Assembly (NCBI GenBank): GCA_001179505.1
Contig: CDMY01000220.1
Span: 62,001-126,000, forward strand
Origin: Vitrella brassicaformis CCMP3155
Lineage: Eukaryota > Protista > Chromerida
Direction of reading: 5' to 3'
Length of the DNA: 64,000 bases
Position 1 is the first letter of the stretch, and each line of letters opens with the position of its first letter. Below the pieces are notes generated by a model that saw only the letters and a list, made by a program, of their open reading frames with translations, had not been told where the DNA came from and ran no database searches. Positions 1 through 12,400 of the stretch are shown here, one piece after another. Made by a program: the position numbers and the translations under genes.

Positions 1-3000
1 GTCCTTCTCTCGCACTGTGCGCAGCAGTTCACTCAATCGATACCTATACATTCGCGACGACACACCAAGTGGTGACACACTTACACATATGCCAACCACG
101 TTTCCAAATACGGCTCTTGTCCGTCTTTCTCAGGTGGCCCAGAGGTCGATTTCCGCGAGCAGTTCTGTCTGCGAAAGGGTGGCCAGTTCTATGGCGTGCT
201 CGGGAACGACGGAGTGCTCAACAGCGCGTGCTGCCGCGGCAACTGCAACCCTCGATGTGGCGATCCCGAATGTGGTGAGCAGCAGACGGCCGGCCTGACA
301 GCGACGCACTGCTGCAGCAGCAGGATCCGCACATCGGGGAGAAATTGCTATGACGAGGACCCTCCCTGTCAAGTGGGAGAATGTATGTAAAGCAGCATGT
401 CTTATGAGAAACACTTATGCAGCTTTGTGCCCGCCACATACAGATTGGAACACGAAAGGCCTCGAGACCGCTGCACTAGGTAAGTGGTACGCTGAAAGGC
501 TTGGTTGAGCGACGCACCGTCTCTGCCGTGCATCGGGGGTCAGATTGGTATTCGAAACGTGATTTCTGCACCGTCATCAAGCGGGGCATCCCCGATGTCT
601 TGCGGCGGCACTGCTGTGAGGACGTCTCGGCGCCATTGCGGCGGCACTGCTGTGAGGACGTCTCGGCGCCAATAATCAATTGCAGCCCCATCGCTGAGGG
701 CAGAAGCTGCCTCACTAACGATCCCCCTTGCCAACTGCCAGAAGGTCAGTGGAATTCATGTATCGAACAATCGCATCGTTAATGTGGATGCGTATGTCCA
801 TGCAGCTTACTCTGACGGCCTCACAGCAGTGGCCGGCTTCTCTCGGCCGCGTCGCGGCCAGTACTGTGCCACACACGTCCTTATGGTGGACGCACCGTCC
901 ATCGAAGAATGTGCCGCCAAGTGAGGGAGACAAGGAGACAAGAATCTGTGAATGACCTCCTTTATCTGTGTATGTGTTGATCAGGTGTGAGGAGCAGCTT
1001 GCGTGTCGCTGTTTCGACTATCTCGAAGGCGGGCTGCCCACCCGTGGGATACTCTCGTGCCGGCTCAGTCCCTCAACCGCCACATACGACAGCGGCGCTG
1101 GATTCGTCGCATACGTCAGGGAAGGTAAAGGCATTTTTCCAATCATTCATGTGTCTCTATCACATTCTTGTGCATGGATGCAGGCGGCCTCGGTCAGGAT
1201 CTGTGTGACCGTGTGCGTCTCGGCCAGTGGCACCCGAGCGGTGACGCATGTTGCGCCTCATCATGTGGCGACCTCTGTGGCGCATCGAATTGCGCAGATG
1301 GAGGATCAGACTCCTGCTGTCGGGGCACCATCAGAGTGTCACGCAACTTCTGCCAACAGGCCGACAAGGCACCATGCGCACTTACTGCCTCATGTGAGAT
1401 ACTGGGTGTACACGAAATCCCACTCATACACTCGTCTCCGGTGGTTCTACAGATTGGGTCAGCCGCGACACAGACGCCCGCGGAGTCCTTCGTGGCGGTC
1501 TCACAGCAGAGGCGTGGTGCGTTGGGCTGCTCGGTGGGATATACGAACCAGAGTACGGGGTGTGCTGCGACTCTAAATGCGGCTCGTGCGGCGGCTCTGG
1601 TTGCGGGAACAGGCCTGGCGGGTCTGCGGCCTGCTGTGTGGGGGCGATTAGGAGCGCCGGCGTGTCTTGCTATGAAGACACGGTATCGCCGCCATGTAAC
1701 GTGCCACATGGTGAGGCAGATACACCCACACTTGTCATGCATCCTGATGCATTCGTCTCGCCTTCAGTTCCCGAGCCGCAGGTGGGTTCATGGCGCTTTC
1801 TCATGGTTGACGCGGCTGGCATCGCTAAAGAGGACATCAGCATCCCCTCCACCCAAGTGGGCACCTACCAGACTCCCCTCCTCGCCCCCCACACCCCCGA
1901 CTTCACCTTCCAAGTGCTGCCCCTTGACAATACCACCCTGAAAGTTACTTCGGTCCGCTTCACCCTCGCCAAAACAAGCAGCCCCGGGACACTGCTGCCT
2001 ATCGGGGCCAACCCGGGCGATGAGAGGATCTTGGTCGACAGCGCCCCGCCATTTTATGCATTCGGCGACTATTCTGATGGCGAAGTGGTTCGTCTCCGTG
2101 GTGGCGGGTTTGTGGCGGCCAAAGAGGAGTATGTGATCAAAGCAACGCCACTGACTGAGACGGACGCTGGACCTGTGGCGGGGCCATCAATGGAACTCAG
2201 ATGTAAGCCACTGACTTGACATACCTGCATGTATGTACGGAACAACAATCCCCTTTGTTGGTCCATTATTAGTTGTTCAGCTGAATCGAGGTGCCAAGGC
2301 CAGCCACACGCAAAGGGCCATCAGACGGGACCACTGATACGCGCCTGCCTTGTGTGTTTGTACAGCGGTCAATTGTGTCGTAACCGAATGGCTAGAGTGG
2401 TCTGATTGCGATGCGTCATGCGGCGAGGCCACCAAGACACGCACACGTGAAGTCATGGTACCAGCCGAGAACGGCGGCATTCCATGCCCGTCAACATCGG
2501 ATATGGAGCAGGCTGTGAGCTGCGGGCTACCGCCATGCCGTAAGAATGATACCAAAACACATGTCGACGACGCCATTCCGTGTCTTCTGTCCTCAGCGTC
2601 TGGAAATGAAAGCGAACGAACTGTCACGCCACCCCCTTTACCAACAGGCAGGCACGCTTGCATAGGACGCAGTAACACGTAGCTGGCTGATGGACTCTCA
2701 TTCTTTCATGTTGGTCAGGTACGACTGTATCGCCATTCGGTGGGGGCGGGGATGAGGTCACTCTAGACCCGATTGCTGTGACCACTACACCCGCACGCAC
2801 AAGCACAGCCACAAGCACACCAAGTATGACCACTGATGTGCCTGGGTATGATGTCTCTCCTTCTCCTACCCCCACCCCCTCCCCCATCCCCTCTGTGCCT
2901 GCATCCCCGTCAACTTCCCTGCCAACCACGACACCGCCTGGAACCCCTATGCAAACAAGCCCAGGTGACAAGATGCCGTGTGTGTTGTCTGAGGCGCATG

Positions 3001-4343
3001 AGACACACTTTTCTCGTGCCTGTGTCGAGTGCAGCGCCAGCCAATATGACCCCGCCTGACGCAACCATCCTGGGCCAGTACGCCACTTTGTGTGCCACCA
3101 ATTTTTCCGGACTCTACTCGCCCACATGGAACCTCTGCTGCGACCCATCTTGCGTCGACTGCTCGAATAATCTCTGCCCCGACGGCTATCCCACACCCAC
3201 ACAGGACGACTCCACCGTCTATGGCTGCTGCCCCGCGAGCATTATCCTGCACGCGGGCAACTGCTCGGATACTGGGAGTGCGCCCTGCATCATGGATGTG
3301 GCGCTTTCGCTCACGACGTCAACCAGGGCGCGTGGTGGCGGGCAGATTGACACGTGGGTGTGGGCGGTGGGCGGCACGCTTGTCGTGGTCATGGTAATCG
3401 CTGGCGGCCTTCTGTGGAGGGCCCGAGCAGAGAAAAGGGCCATTGTGGACCACTTGAGGCGCAGCACGTATAACAAAGTGGCCAAGGCCGACACCGAAGG
3501 GTACAAACAAACAATTGACGGATTCCACCAACATATGATGTCTTTCTCTTCTGTACCTTCTGTCTGGGCAGCGAGGAGAACATGGTAATATCGTCGAGAG
3601 TTGTGCGTCGCAGCGATGGTGGGGAGGAAGGCGCGACGCCCACAGGTCCGCGACGGCGATCGAGTCGTGCACCGGGCCTCAAACCTGGTGTGGGAGCGGG
3701 AGTGCTGCCCTTTTTGTACGCTGATCCAATGCACACCTCAGCTACACCCTCAGAACCTGCCAGGGGTGACTTAACGCACAGACAAAGCCGCCGTATTCGT
3801 TGTGTCTCGTCTTTGCCTTGCAGACTTTTCATTCGAGTCGAGGATTCGGACATCACGAGAAGCGCGGTCGGCTGGCTATGACGACTTTCTGGCCCGCCTG
3901 CCGAGAGTGAGGCGCAACACGGCGGACAGAAGGGCACGCAGGTCACTCAGCGACTCACACATAGGTGAGTACCCACTGGCACCGATAGCCGTTGCAGCTC
4001 CTGCTCTGCACTTGGTTGTTTGTGGATAGACCTGGAGCTTGGACCGCAGTCGACGGAGAGACACCGATCGAGGGAAGGGGGGCAAAGCGAGGCGGCTACC
4101 CAACAAAGTTCCGACACAGGTGGGTGCCCTCCCCCCCTACCCCGCGACGACACATACACATCCTGCTACGTACGCACACGTTCAATGCAGGCCAACACTA
4201 TGGGACTCGGGGAGACAGGAGGGTGTCAAGATGTTCATTCAGCGCCAATCCGTTTTGAGATGTGCATGGGAGTGTATGGGTACGGCTGTGTCCTGCACTT
4301 GCATCAAGATTTGTTGATGCTTGCTCACTCTCGCCTCGGTTAG
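1..4343 (+). CDS. Multi-exon type-I membrane adhesin-like protein, 5'-truncated by the window: Cys-rich repeats, PAN/apple domain, beta-sandwich domain, TSP1 domain, Thr/Pro stalk, TM helix and cytoplasmic tail
   Basis: Spliced translation gives a PAN-like segment YCATHVLMVDAPSIEECAAK/CEEQLACRCFDY...CRL (~804-1060) and a TSP1 domain CVVTEWLEWSDCDASCGEATKTRTREV...GGIPCP...CGLPPC (~2370-2540). A T/P-rich stalk follows (2780-2960), then TM WVWAVGGTLVVVMVIAGGLLW and basic RARAEKR (~3350-3440). The 3' end is uncertain (3964-4343). Confidence 0.8.
600..671 (+). repeat. Perfect in-frame 36-nt tandem duplication (LRRHCCEDVSAP x2)
   Basis: ttgcggcggcactgctgtgaggacgtctcggcgcca occurs at 600-635 and 636-671. 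Confidence 0.95.
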
Positions 4344-5922
4344 TCCGTCGCACGGACGTTCATTCTGTATGCACACGCATGGCTATCTGCATCTGCCTGT
4401 CGCTTTCCCTGGTCTACACTAGCTATGTACGTACATGCTCTTTGGCTGAATCGGATGTTGGCTACGCATAATATAATAATACAGACAGGCAGACAGGCAG
4501 ACAGGCAGACAGGCAGACAGACAGACAGTTCCGGCCTGAAAGGTATGTGTCTTTGGGTACTTCGGGGCTAAAGAGCTGTCTTTGGGCTGAGTTGAGCCGG
4601 GAGGGTACAAGGCGGGGCCCGAAGGGCCGCGCCGCGTGTGGTGACGTCTGGTGAATGCGGAGGCACCGACCACATGTATGAGACCCCGTCCATGCGTGTC
4701 CTCGATCTCCTGGAAAGCAGACAGATCGAAGTGCCTCGCCAGTCGCGCAGCAAATTGTATCTGCGATCCTATCTATGATCTTGGCCAAACGAACGTTTAC
4801 GGAGCACACACAAATCAGGCAGGTATCTCTTGCGACCGACCGTAAAGCCCTGACTCAAAGAGCAATATCTATCTTCTGACATCCAAACGCGGGCTCACCG
4901 TGGGTGTTGCCTTACCGTCACACCGGACACAGACGGCAGGGCAAGGCACACTGAAAAGGGCACAGCTGCAGCGAAAAAGAGAACAGCTACTGTGCACATG
5001 GCGGACATTGCAACGGGATGAATTCGACGGATGCAGGAGAATATTTCCTGTCGGATGTGGGGGGCGCATGCCGGCGTCTCTTTGCCCCCAACCGCATGCG
5101 CGCTCACTCGATGGGACCCCACGCGAATGCGTGTCGTCGAACTGTTACGAGGGGAAAGGGGCCCCCGAGTAATGGGAGGCGATCGGCCAGACGGAGAACA
5201 TACGAAATTTCCTGGCAACAAACATCCACATATTTTTCGAGAGTGATTTTTGCTCGCCTTGAGGTAGAGTGAGGTTGAGTACGTATTTTAGAAGGGCTGG
5301 ACAAGAGGAGACGGCAGAGATTTCGGCGGAATTCACGTGTGGTGCACGGAAACTGGCTTTGCTCCAAGTTTATCGTTCTGTTTGCTGAGTGCATGCGGCG
5401 ACCGCTGAGGAACAGGAAGGCTGCAATTACAAAGGCTTCGACGAGAGGAGCAATGCAATGCCCTTTAATGGGGGGGGGCATTAAAGGGCAGACGTGTAGG
5501 TATTCGAGGCAGACGATGATGCATAGGAAGACGAGCGCATTTCGGTAGGACGGCAGGCATTGGTATCGGTGGAGCTTTGCAAAGGGAGACTGCGCGCTGT
5601 CATGATGCGGGGGCGTTATGGGGGCGTCTTGGCACAAGCGAATTAAAGCGAATGAGACTTTCTTGTCTGGTTCAAGGTGTTGAAGTGACCGTTGTTGTCT
5701 TGTGTGGCGATTTGTGGCTCGAGAAACTTGTGGATGTATGCTCAGTCGCCCGTCAAAATACGCCGGAAGATGTCTAGAGAGTACCTCATCGTGTGCACGT
5801 AAAGGTACATGCTGGTTGGCAATGGAGACACGTAGCGAAAGAGAAACACGGTAAGCTTTCGTGTGTATCCATCAGACAAACAGTCATGTGTGAGTCAATG
5901 CGTAACACGCAGTGAAAATCAA

Positions 5923-6222
5923 NNNNNNNNNNNNNNNNNNNNNNNNNNNNNNNNNNNNNNNNNNNNNNNNNNNNNNNNNNNNNNNNNNNNNNNNNNNNNN
6001 NNNNNNNNNNNNNNNNNNNNNNNNNNNNNNNNNNNNNNNNNNNNNNNNNNNNNNNNNNNNNNNNNNNNNNNNNNNNNNNNNNNNNNNNNNNNNNNNNNNN
6101 NNNNNNNNNNNNNNNNNNNNNNNNNNNNNNNNNNNNNNNNNNNNNNNNNNNNNNNNNNNNNNNNNNNNNNNNNNNNNNNNNNNNNNNNNNNNNNNNNNNN
6201 NNNNNNNNNNNNNNNNNNNNNN
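5923..6222. other. Assembly gap (300 N) followed by a poly-G run
   Basis: Run of N directly visible in the sequence. Confidence 0.99.
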
Positions 6223-6419
6223 GGGGGGGGGGGAAGACATAATGCAAGTTGACGCGCTGCCGTTCACCCACCGCGCCAAAGCTCGCCGCCATCCTCTTCG
6301 ATCAGCGCTTTAATGAATGAATTGCTTCCGTGTCCATCCATCCATTCAACAGGCATGTCATTGCGTCTCGTCGGTTCATCGGTCTGTCTGTCTGTCTGTG
6401 TAGCTCATGCAGTGTCTGT

Positions 6420-9400
6420 TTATGCCGCCACGACGTCGACAGTCTTGAAGTCTGTCTGGCCGGCTGTCTGCAGGAGGCCGACGCGCCCGCCCGCCGACGG
6501 AGGCACCAACCACTCACACACCACACCTGATCGAACCAATTAACCATACATGCATACATCCTGCAGTGAGTGGCTGGGGAGTGGAGTGCATGTGTGTGGC
6601 TCTCACTCACCGTCGTCGATTGATGCCGACACGATGCCCTGGCCGTTGTCGCTCATCGCCACTCGGTGCCATCGGAAGGGCTTCAGCATCGACTGGCCGG
6701 CCAATGCCGATGCGCCCTCGAGACGCTCGCCAATCACTTCAACACTGCACACACACACACATAGCGGACCAGACAAACAGACATGAATTCAACATGTATG
6801 TATGTATGTATGTGTGTGTCTCGTCTGCTATGTGTCTCGCCGTCCAGTCACACACACACCTGCCCCCGTCGGTCCGTGTGAGTGTGGGCGGCCCTTGCGC
6901 GCTGAAGGTGAGGGCGTAGAAGCGAGAGCGCCCCTCCCCGCTGAAGAAGAAACCTGCCTGTGCCTCGGGCCGCTTCAGCCGCATAGTGCCGGCCAGCGAC
7001 ATGGGTGAGTTGGGGCGCTGGGCGGCTTGCTTGATCAGCATCTGTGTGTGTGGCTGGTTAGCCGTCAGGTGGCCGTCATTGGCGTCTCTCCTCCAGCCGC
7101 GTCGAGGCACTCGGAGGAAGCGGAAGATGCCGGCGCCGCCCAACTCGCGGAACGACAGATGCTGATGCTGAGTCGACGACTCTCCAGCTGATATCAGAGA
7201 GACAGACAGACAGGCAGGCACACATGAGGTGTACAATTTTGAATGTGTCTTGCCTTCAACGGTTTGGGTGAGCCGACCTACCTGGTTTGGGTGCCTTGTC
7301 GTGTTGGTGTGTCTCTCTCTCTGTCTGGCCTGCCGCGCTGCCCATCGAGCCAAAAGCGCCAGAGGGGGCGAGGTGCTGGTCGCACAGACAGCCGGCCGTG
7401 AATGACGTGAAGTGGGTCTTGTCGAACGCCGCGACCCCCACACCGCCCCCAGTGGGCGGAGACGACAGCTGAGCCGCCAACACCTGCACGCAGTGGTCCA
7501 CACAAGGCGGCCAGGCATGGCATACTCACACGTGGTGCGTGTGTCGTCGTGTGCTGTCGAGATGTGAGATGTGTGTGTGTGTGTAGTACCAACCAGTTTG
7601 CCATTGATGAATGTGCGCATGTTGGTCTTGCCGAAGTCGACAGCCAGTTTGATGGAGCGGCCCGGCCGCACATCGACTGCCTTGGACGCGAGAAGCGCCG
7701 GCCTGCCCTTGGCCACCGACCGCAGCTCGACGGACGGGGACGCGCCGGAAGGCGGCAGGTGCACCAACGCAGACAGGTAGTTCATGTCGTCCCTATCATT
7801 GCAACCATCACAGACACACACAGAGAGGGAGAGAGCCATGTGCATCGACAAACATGGATAGGTGTGTGTGTGTACTTGTATTTGAAGACTATTCCAGCGC
7901 TGCCCGCGTCGCTTGCGATGGCCACGTCGGCCACCACATAGCCGACGGGATAGGAGCGGCCTTGCAGGAGGGCCGCCGAGGCGACCGGCGACTCGCGCGA
8001 CGTCTTGGCGGCGGACTGCAGGAGGGCACGCAGCGAGTTGACCGAACCAAAGTGCCTGCACACATGACACACACACGAGTGTTGCATCTGTGTGTGTGTG
8101 TATGTGTGGGTGGGTGGGTGGGTGGGTGGGTGTGGGTGTGACCATTTGGACGGGCCGCCGAGTGAGTCTGCCGCATCGACGATCATCCAGTTGGCGTGCA
8201 CGTCGCTCGCACCGCTGTCGAAGCGCTCCATGTAGAGGGGCTCGTGCATCGTCAGCTCGTCCCCATCAGCTTGTGCGGCCGCCCGCCGCTCCTCTGCTCG
8301 TCTGATGTCCATTTCCCTCTGCTTGAGTGTCTGCGAGAGCGACGCCTTGGCCGCCTTCAGCTGAGCCGACAGCTGGCCGTACTGTGACTGGAGTTGCTGC
8401 TGCCGAGCCATCAATGCGTGAGCCGCACTCTCTAACGACGCGGCGGCGCTCTCACCCGGCTGTATGAGGGCATGGAAGCCTGTCAGTCAGGACACACACA
8501 CACAAGACAAGAGAGAGGTCACGTCAGGCCAAGTCACGGCACAGACATGTGTGGAGTGAGTGAGTGTCTCACTGACTTTGAATGGCCTCTTTGGCTTGGG
8601 CGGTCTGCGTGGACTGCTGGAACCGACTCGACGACGGCCGTGTGTGCACCGGGGCTGCCGCATCGGTGGCCGGCGGTAAACTGTGTGCCGACGGCGTCTT
8701 GTCGACAGTGGTTGGCGTGTGTGCCGTGAGGGGCGTGACGACGGGGGCTGACCGCTGCGGCTGCTGCTGGTTGATGGTGGTGGTGGTGGTGGTGTAGTAT
8801 GGGACCTTCAGTGGGGGTGTGTTGGCCGTGAAGGGTTGCGCAACCTGTGCGAGCAGTGGGTAGGCCAAGGGCATCGAGTAGGGCATGACGGGCGGCGCAT
8901 AGTAATAGCCCATCAAAGGCGACTGTGGCTGCTGCTGCTGCTGTGGGGGTGTGGATGTGTCGTCGCCGCCTCGCAACACCTGCACAATTAAACAAAGACA
9001 CACGGAAAATACACAAAGAATACACACACGCGTGTCATCTCATCTGATGTGTAAGTACTTACTTGTTCGATCTGTCTGGGGTTGGTGGCTTGGACGAGAG
9101 GCACTTGCGTGGCGGCCGGCGGCACGATCTCGATGAACGACGTGCCACCCGCGATGGTGCTGCTTGGGCCTGGCACGAACCCCCCCCGGCCGTCCACGTG
9201 AGCCAGCAGCGTGTCGGTCGCGTAGAGACACCGTACACCCTCGGGCATCTCGAGGAAGTACAGCGGTGCATGTTGCTGGCTGCCGGGCATCCCACCGAGC
9301 GACGGTGTGGTGGCGTCGATCATGTTGCGGGCGGCTGAGTGGGCAACATGGGCGGGGAGCGAGGCGAGGGCGAGGGACTTGTGCACCGCCACGTTGCCAC

Positions 9401-12400
9401 CCATGTCCGAGATCACTCCCGCGTGGATGGCGGCGAGACAGACACTGCTGGGGGCCGAATACTCGAAGAGACCGAACACCCGGGCAGTGGCTGATGCCGC
9501 CTGGCAGTGCTTGGGACACGAGACGATCGTCGTGGGCAGCACGGGGGACAGCTTCTCGAACGTATCTATAGATTATGTCAGTCAGTCAGACACACAACAC
9601 ACACACGACAGACAGACATGGGCTGGACAGCCATGTCTCTCTCTCTCTGCATGTGTGTGTGTGTGTGTGTGTGCGTGTGTGATTGTGTGCCTGTGCAGGA
9701 GAGCGATGCCGATGGGAGCTGCATGGTGGGTGTCTTGGTCTGGTGGCGCGTCAGCAGCTGCACGCTCCCCTTGGCTGTGTCGCACACCTGCCGAGACCAC
9801 CCCGTCGGCAGAGGAACTTGGGAGGTGTTGGGGGCCGCCATCACAAGGGCCACGTCGCTGAGGAAGGCGCCCGCGTCAGTCAATCGCTTCACAGCCAGCG
9901 AGAAGGGCACGCCGGCGACGCTCTCCTTTGTGTAGCCTGCGGGCAGTGGTTGGCCGTCGCCGCACACGAGCATGGCGTCCGTCACGTGCTGCGGCGAGGG
10001 GTCCTTCTTGTACAGCGCCACAGGCGAGTCGGGCGAGTCGGCCGTCGAAAGGCGGCCCCGCCAGCCACTCAGACCGCCGCCGGCCGAGGCCGACAACACA
10101 TCTATCCGACACACAGAGAGCGACGGAGGGGGAGGGAGGGAGAGGGGGAGGCATCACATCCATGTAATGTTTGCATCCGTCAGTCCGTCCGTTCATCAAG
10201 TCATGTGTGTGTGTGTGTGTGTTGTGTTGACCTCTCATGAGCTGGATGGTGAGGTCGGATATTCTGGCAGGGGCGCCCTCCTGCGGCTCCTTGCGTGTGA
10301 GGTGGCCGCAGCCCCTGCTCGCCGCAGCCGGCTTGCTCGTCACCACGAAACCAGACACCTGCACACAGACAGACAGACAGACAGAGGGATGGCGGGAGGG
10401 CGTGGGAGTGGGTTTCCGTCGTCTGTTTGGCTGTTTGTCTGCATAATTACTTCAGGGAATGCCGGCCTGGTCTGTGTGGGGTCGATGTGCACTGTCGCGA
10501 CGCCGCCCCGCTCACCCAACACACCGGACTGCACACACCCACACACACGCACACAGAGGTCCAGTCCACAGGTGTGGTGTGTCTCTCTCTGTGTGTGATG
10601 GCATGGCCGAGCTCAGCTCACATGTATGGCGGCGAGACATACGGACGACTGCATCGAGTAGCAGTCGCTGCCGCCATACACATTGACAGCCGCACCGGCA
10701 CACCCAGACGGACACACCACCGACAACTCAGTCGCCTTGTCATGAGCACCGCTCGCAGAAGCCAGCTCATCGAACGTCCTGCAGACAGACATGACATGGA
10801 CCGGATCAAATCGACACACAGCCCAGAGAGGCATGAAGCTTGGAATATTCGGACGGTCGGGGGTGTGGTGTGCGTTGCGTACTTACGTGGTGCAGGTGGT
10901 TGTGAGGGTGTGTGGCGGTGTGTGTGGCGGGCAGAACTCGTCGATGACATCCGGGAAGAGGTTCTCTGTGGGGATCTCCGCCTCTGGCGTGTTCACACCC
11001 GACCAGTACACCTGAATGATGATCACACACACACATCTGTCTCTCTGTCACAATTTGTGTCTGTCTGTGTCCATCCCCCCCTCCCTCCCTCCCTCCGTCC
11101 CTCTAAGCTTGCTTACGGTGAATGTTGGCAGTGCGTCGGTGGGGCTGGTCATCTGTGCTGTGATCTGATGCTTATCGTGCTGGTGGAGCGTCACGGGCGA
11201 GGCCGTGGCCGAGGTCACACTCGTCTTGAGCACCTCCCGCCCGTCGACAGAGAGCCGCAGCGTGCCGCCCCTCACGCCCTTTGCCACAAGGGACCATGAT
11301 CCATCGCGCGGCGCGCTGATGAAGCCGCTCAGACGGACGCACAGCGGGCCACTCAGCGCACGACCCGCCACCGTGTCTGCAGTGAGTGCACTCACCGACA
11401 CACACACATACACAGCTGATTGGACTGGACAGACACATGTGTGTGTTGTGTGTGNNNNNNNNNNNNNNNNNNNNNNNNNNNNNNNNNNNNNNNNNNNNNN
11501 NNNNNNNNNNNNNNNNNNNNNNNNNNNNNNNNNNNNNNNNNNNNNNNNNNNNNNNNNNNNNNNNNNNNNNNNNNNNNNNNNNNNNNNNNNNNNNNNNNNN
11601 NNNNNNNNNNNNNNNNNNNNNNNNNNNNNNNNNNNNNNNNNNNNNNNNNNNNNNNNNNNNNNNNNNNNNNNNNNNNNNNNNNNNNNNNNNNNNNNNNNNN
11701 NNNNNNNNNNNNNNNNNNNNNNNNNNNNNNNNNNNNNNNNNNNNNNNNNNNNNNGGGGGGGGGGGGGGGGGGGGGGTCGGTGATGCGGTGCATGCATCAT
11801 ATGCATACCTTGCGAGAAGGCGAGTGTGGGTGTGGCGATGACGGCCATCGGCTCGCCGTGGCAGGAGACGTCATCGAAGACCTCAGCCAGCACCCCTGTG
11901 CCCTCCGTGGCTTCACGCAGCTCGGCCTGGGCGGGGGAGATTATCTCGCCTTGGCGCAGCAGACGCGAGGCCTCAGACGACAGACCCTCCTGCTCACGCA
12001 GGCGAGACTGACACACACATGTACACACGTGGCCGGGCGGGGAAAAGATAATTAATTAAAGCGGCAAGTACGTGTCTCTCTCTGGCTGGCTGGCTGACCT
12101 CAAGCCACGTCTGTTGAGTCCGGACGTCAGCGAGCACTTTGTTAGTGTCGGGGCCGATCGAGGCGCTCAGTTGGCGGAAGCGGGCCAGCGTGGCGGCCGT
12201 GGCGGCCGTCAGGTAGGCAGCCCTGTCTGCCTCGTGTGTGGTTGTGTTGAGGTGCACTTGCCGCAGAGACATGCCATTGGAGGGGTGGTTATGTGGATCA
12301 CACCTGGACAGCCGCACCAAACCGCCTGCACGTCAGTCACGTGGCCGGCAACCACACCCACATCCATATGATTATCATGATGACATGTGGGTGGGCTTCC

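Noticed and set aside
600-671. 36-nt direct repeats as a CRISPR array
   Set aside because: The two copies are adjacent with no spacer, lie in frame within a eukaryotic exon, and have no cas genes nearby.
3350-4343. Calling the first gene a true TRAP/MIC2 orthologue
   Set aside because: There is no vWA domain in the visible part and no acidic tail with a penultimate Trp.
4343-5920. Possible gene or transposon fragment in the intergenic stretch (several 60-180 aa ORFs)
   Set aside because: I found no recognisable domain, terminal repeats or consistent exon structure.
5923-6233. N-run plus poly-G as a possible biological element, and the X-filled ORFs crossing it
   Set aside because: Both gaps are exactly 300 N and are followed by G homopolymers. 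This is scaffold padding at hard-to-sequence tracts, not coding sequence.
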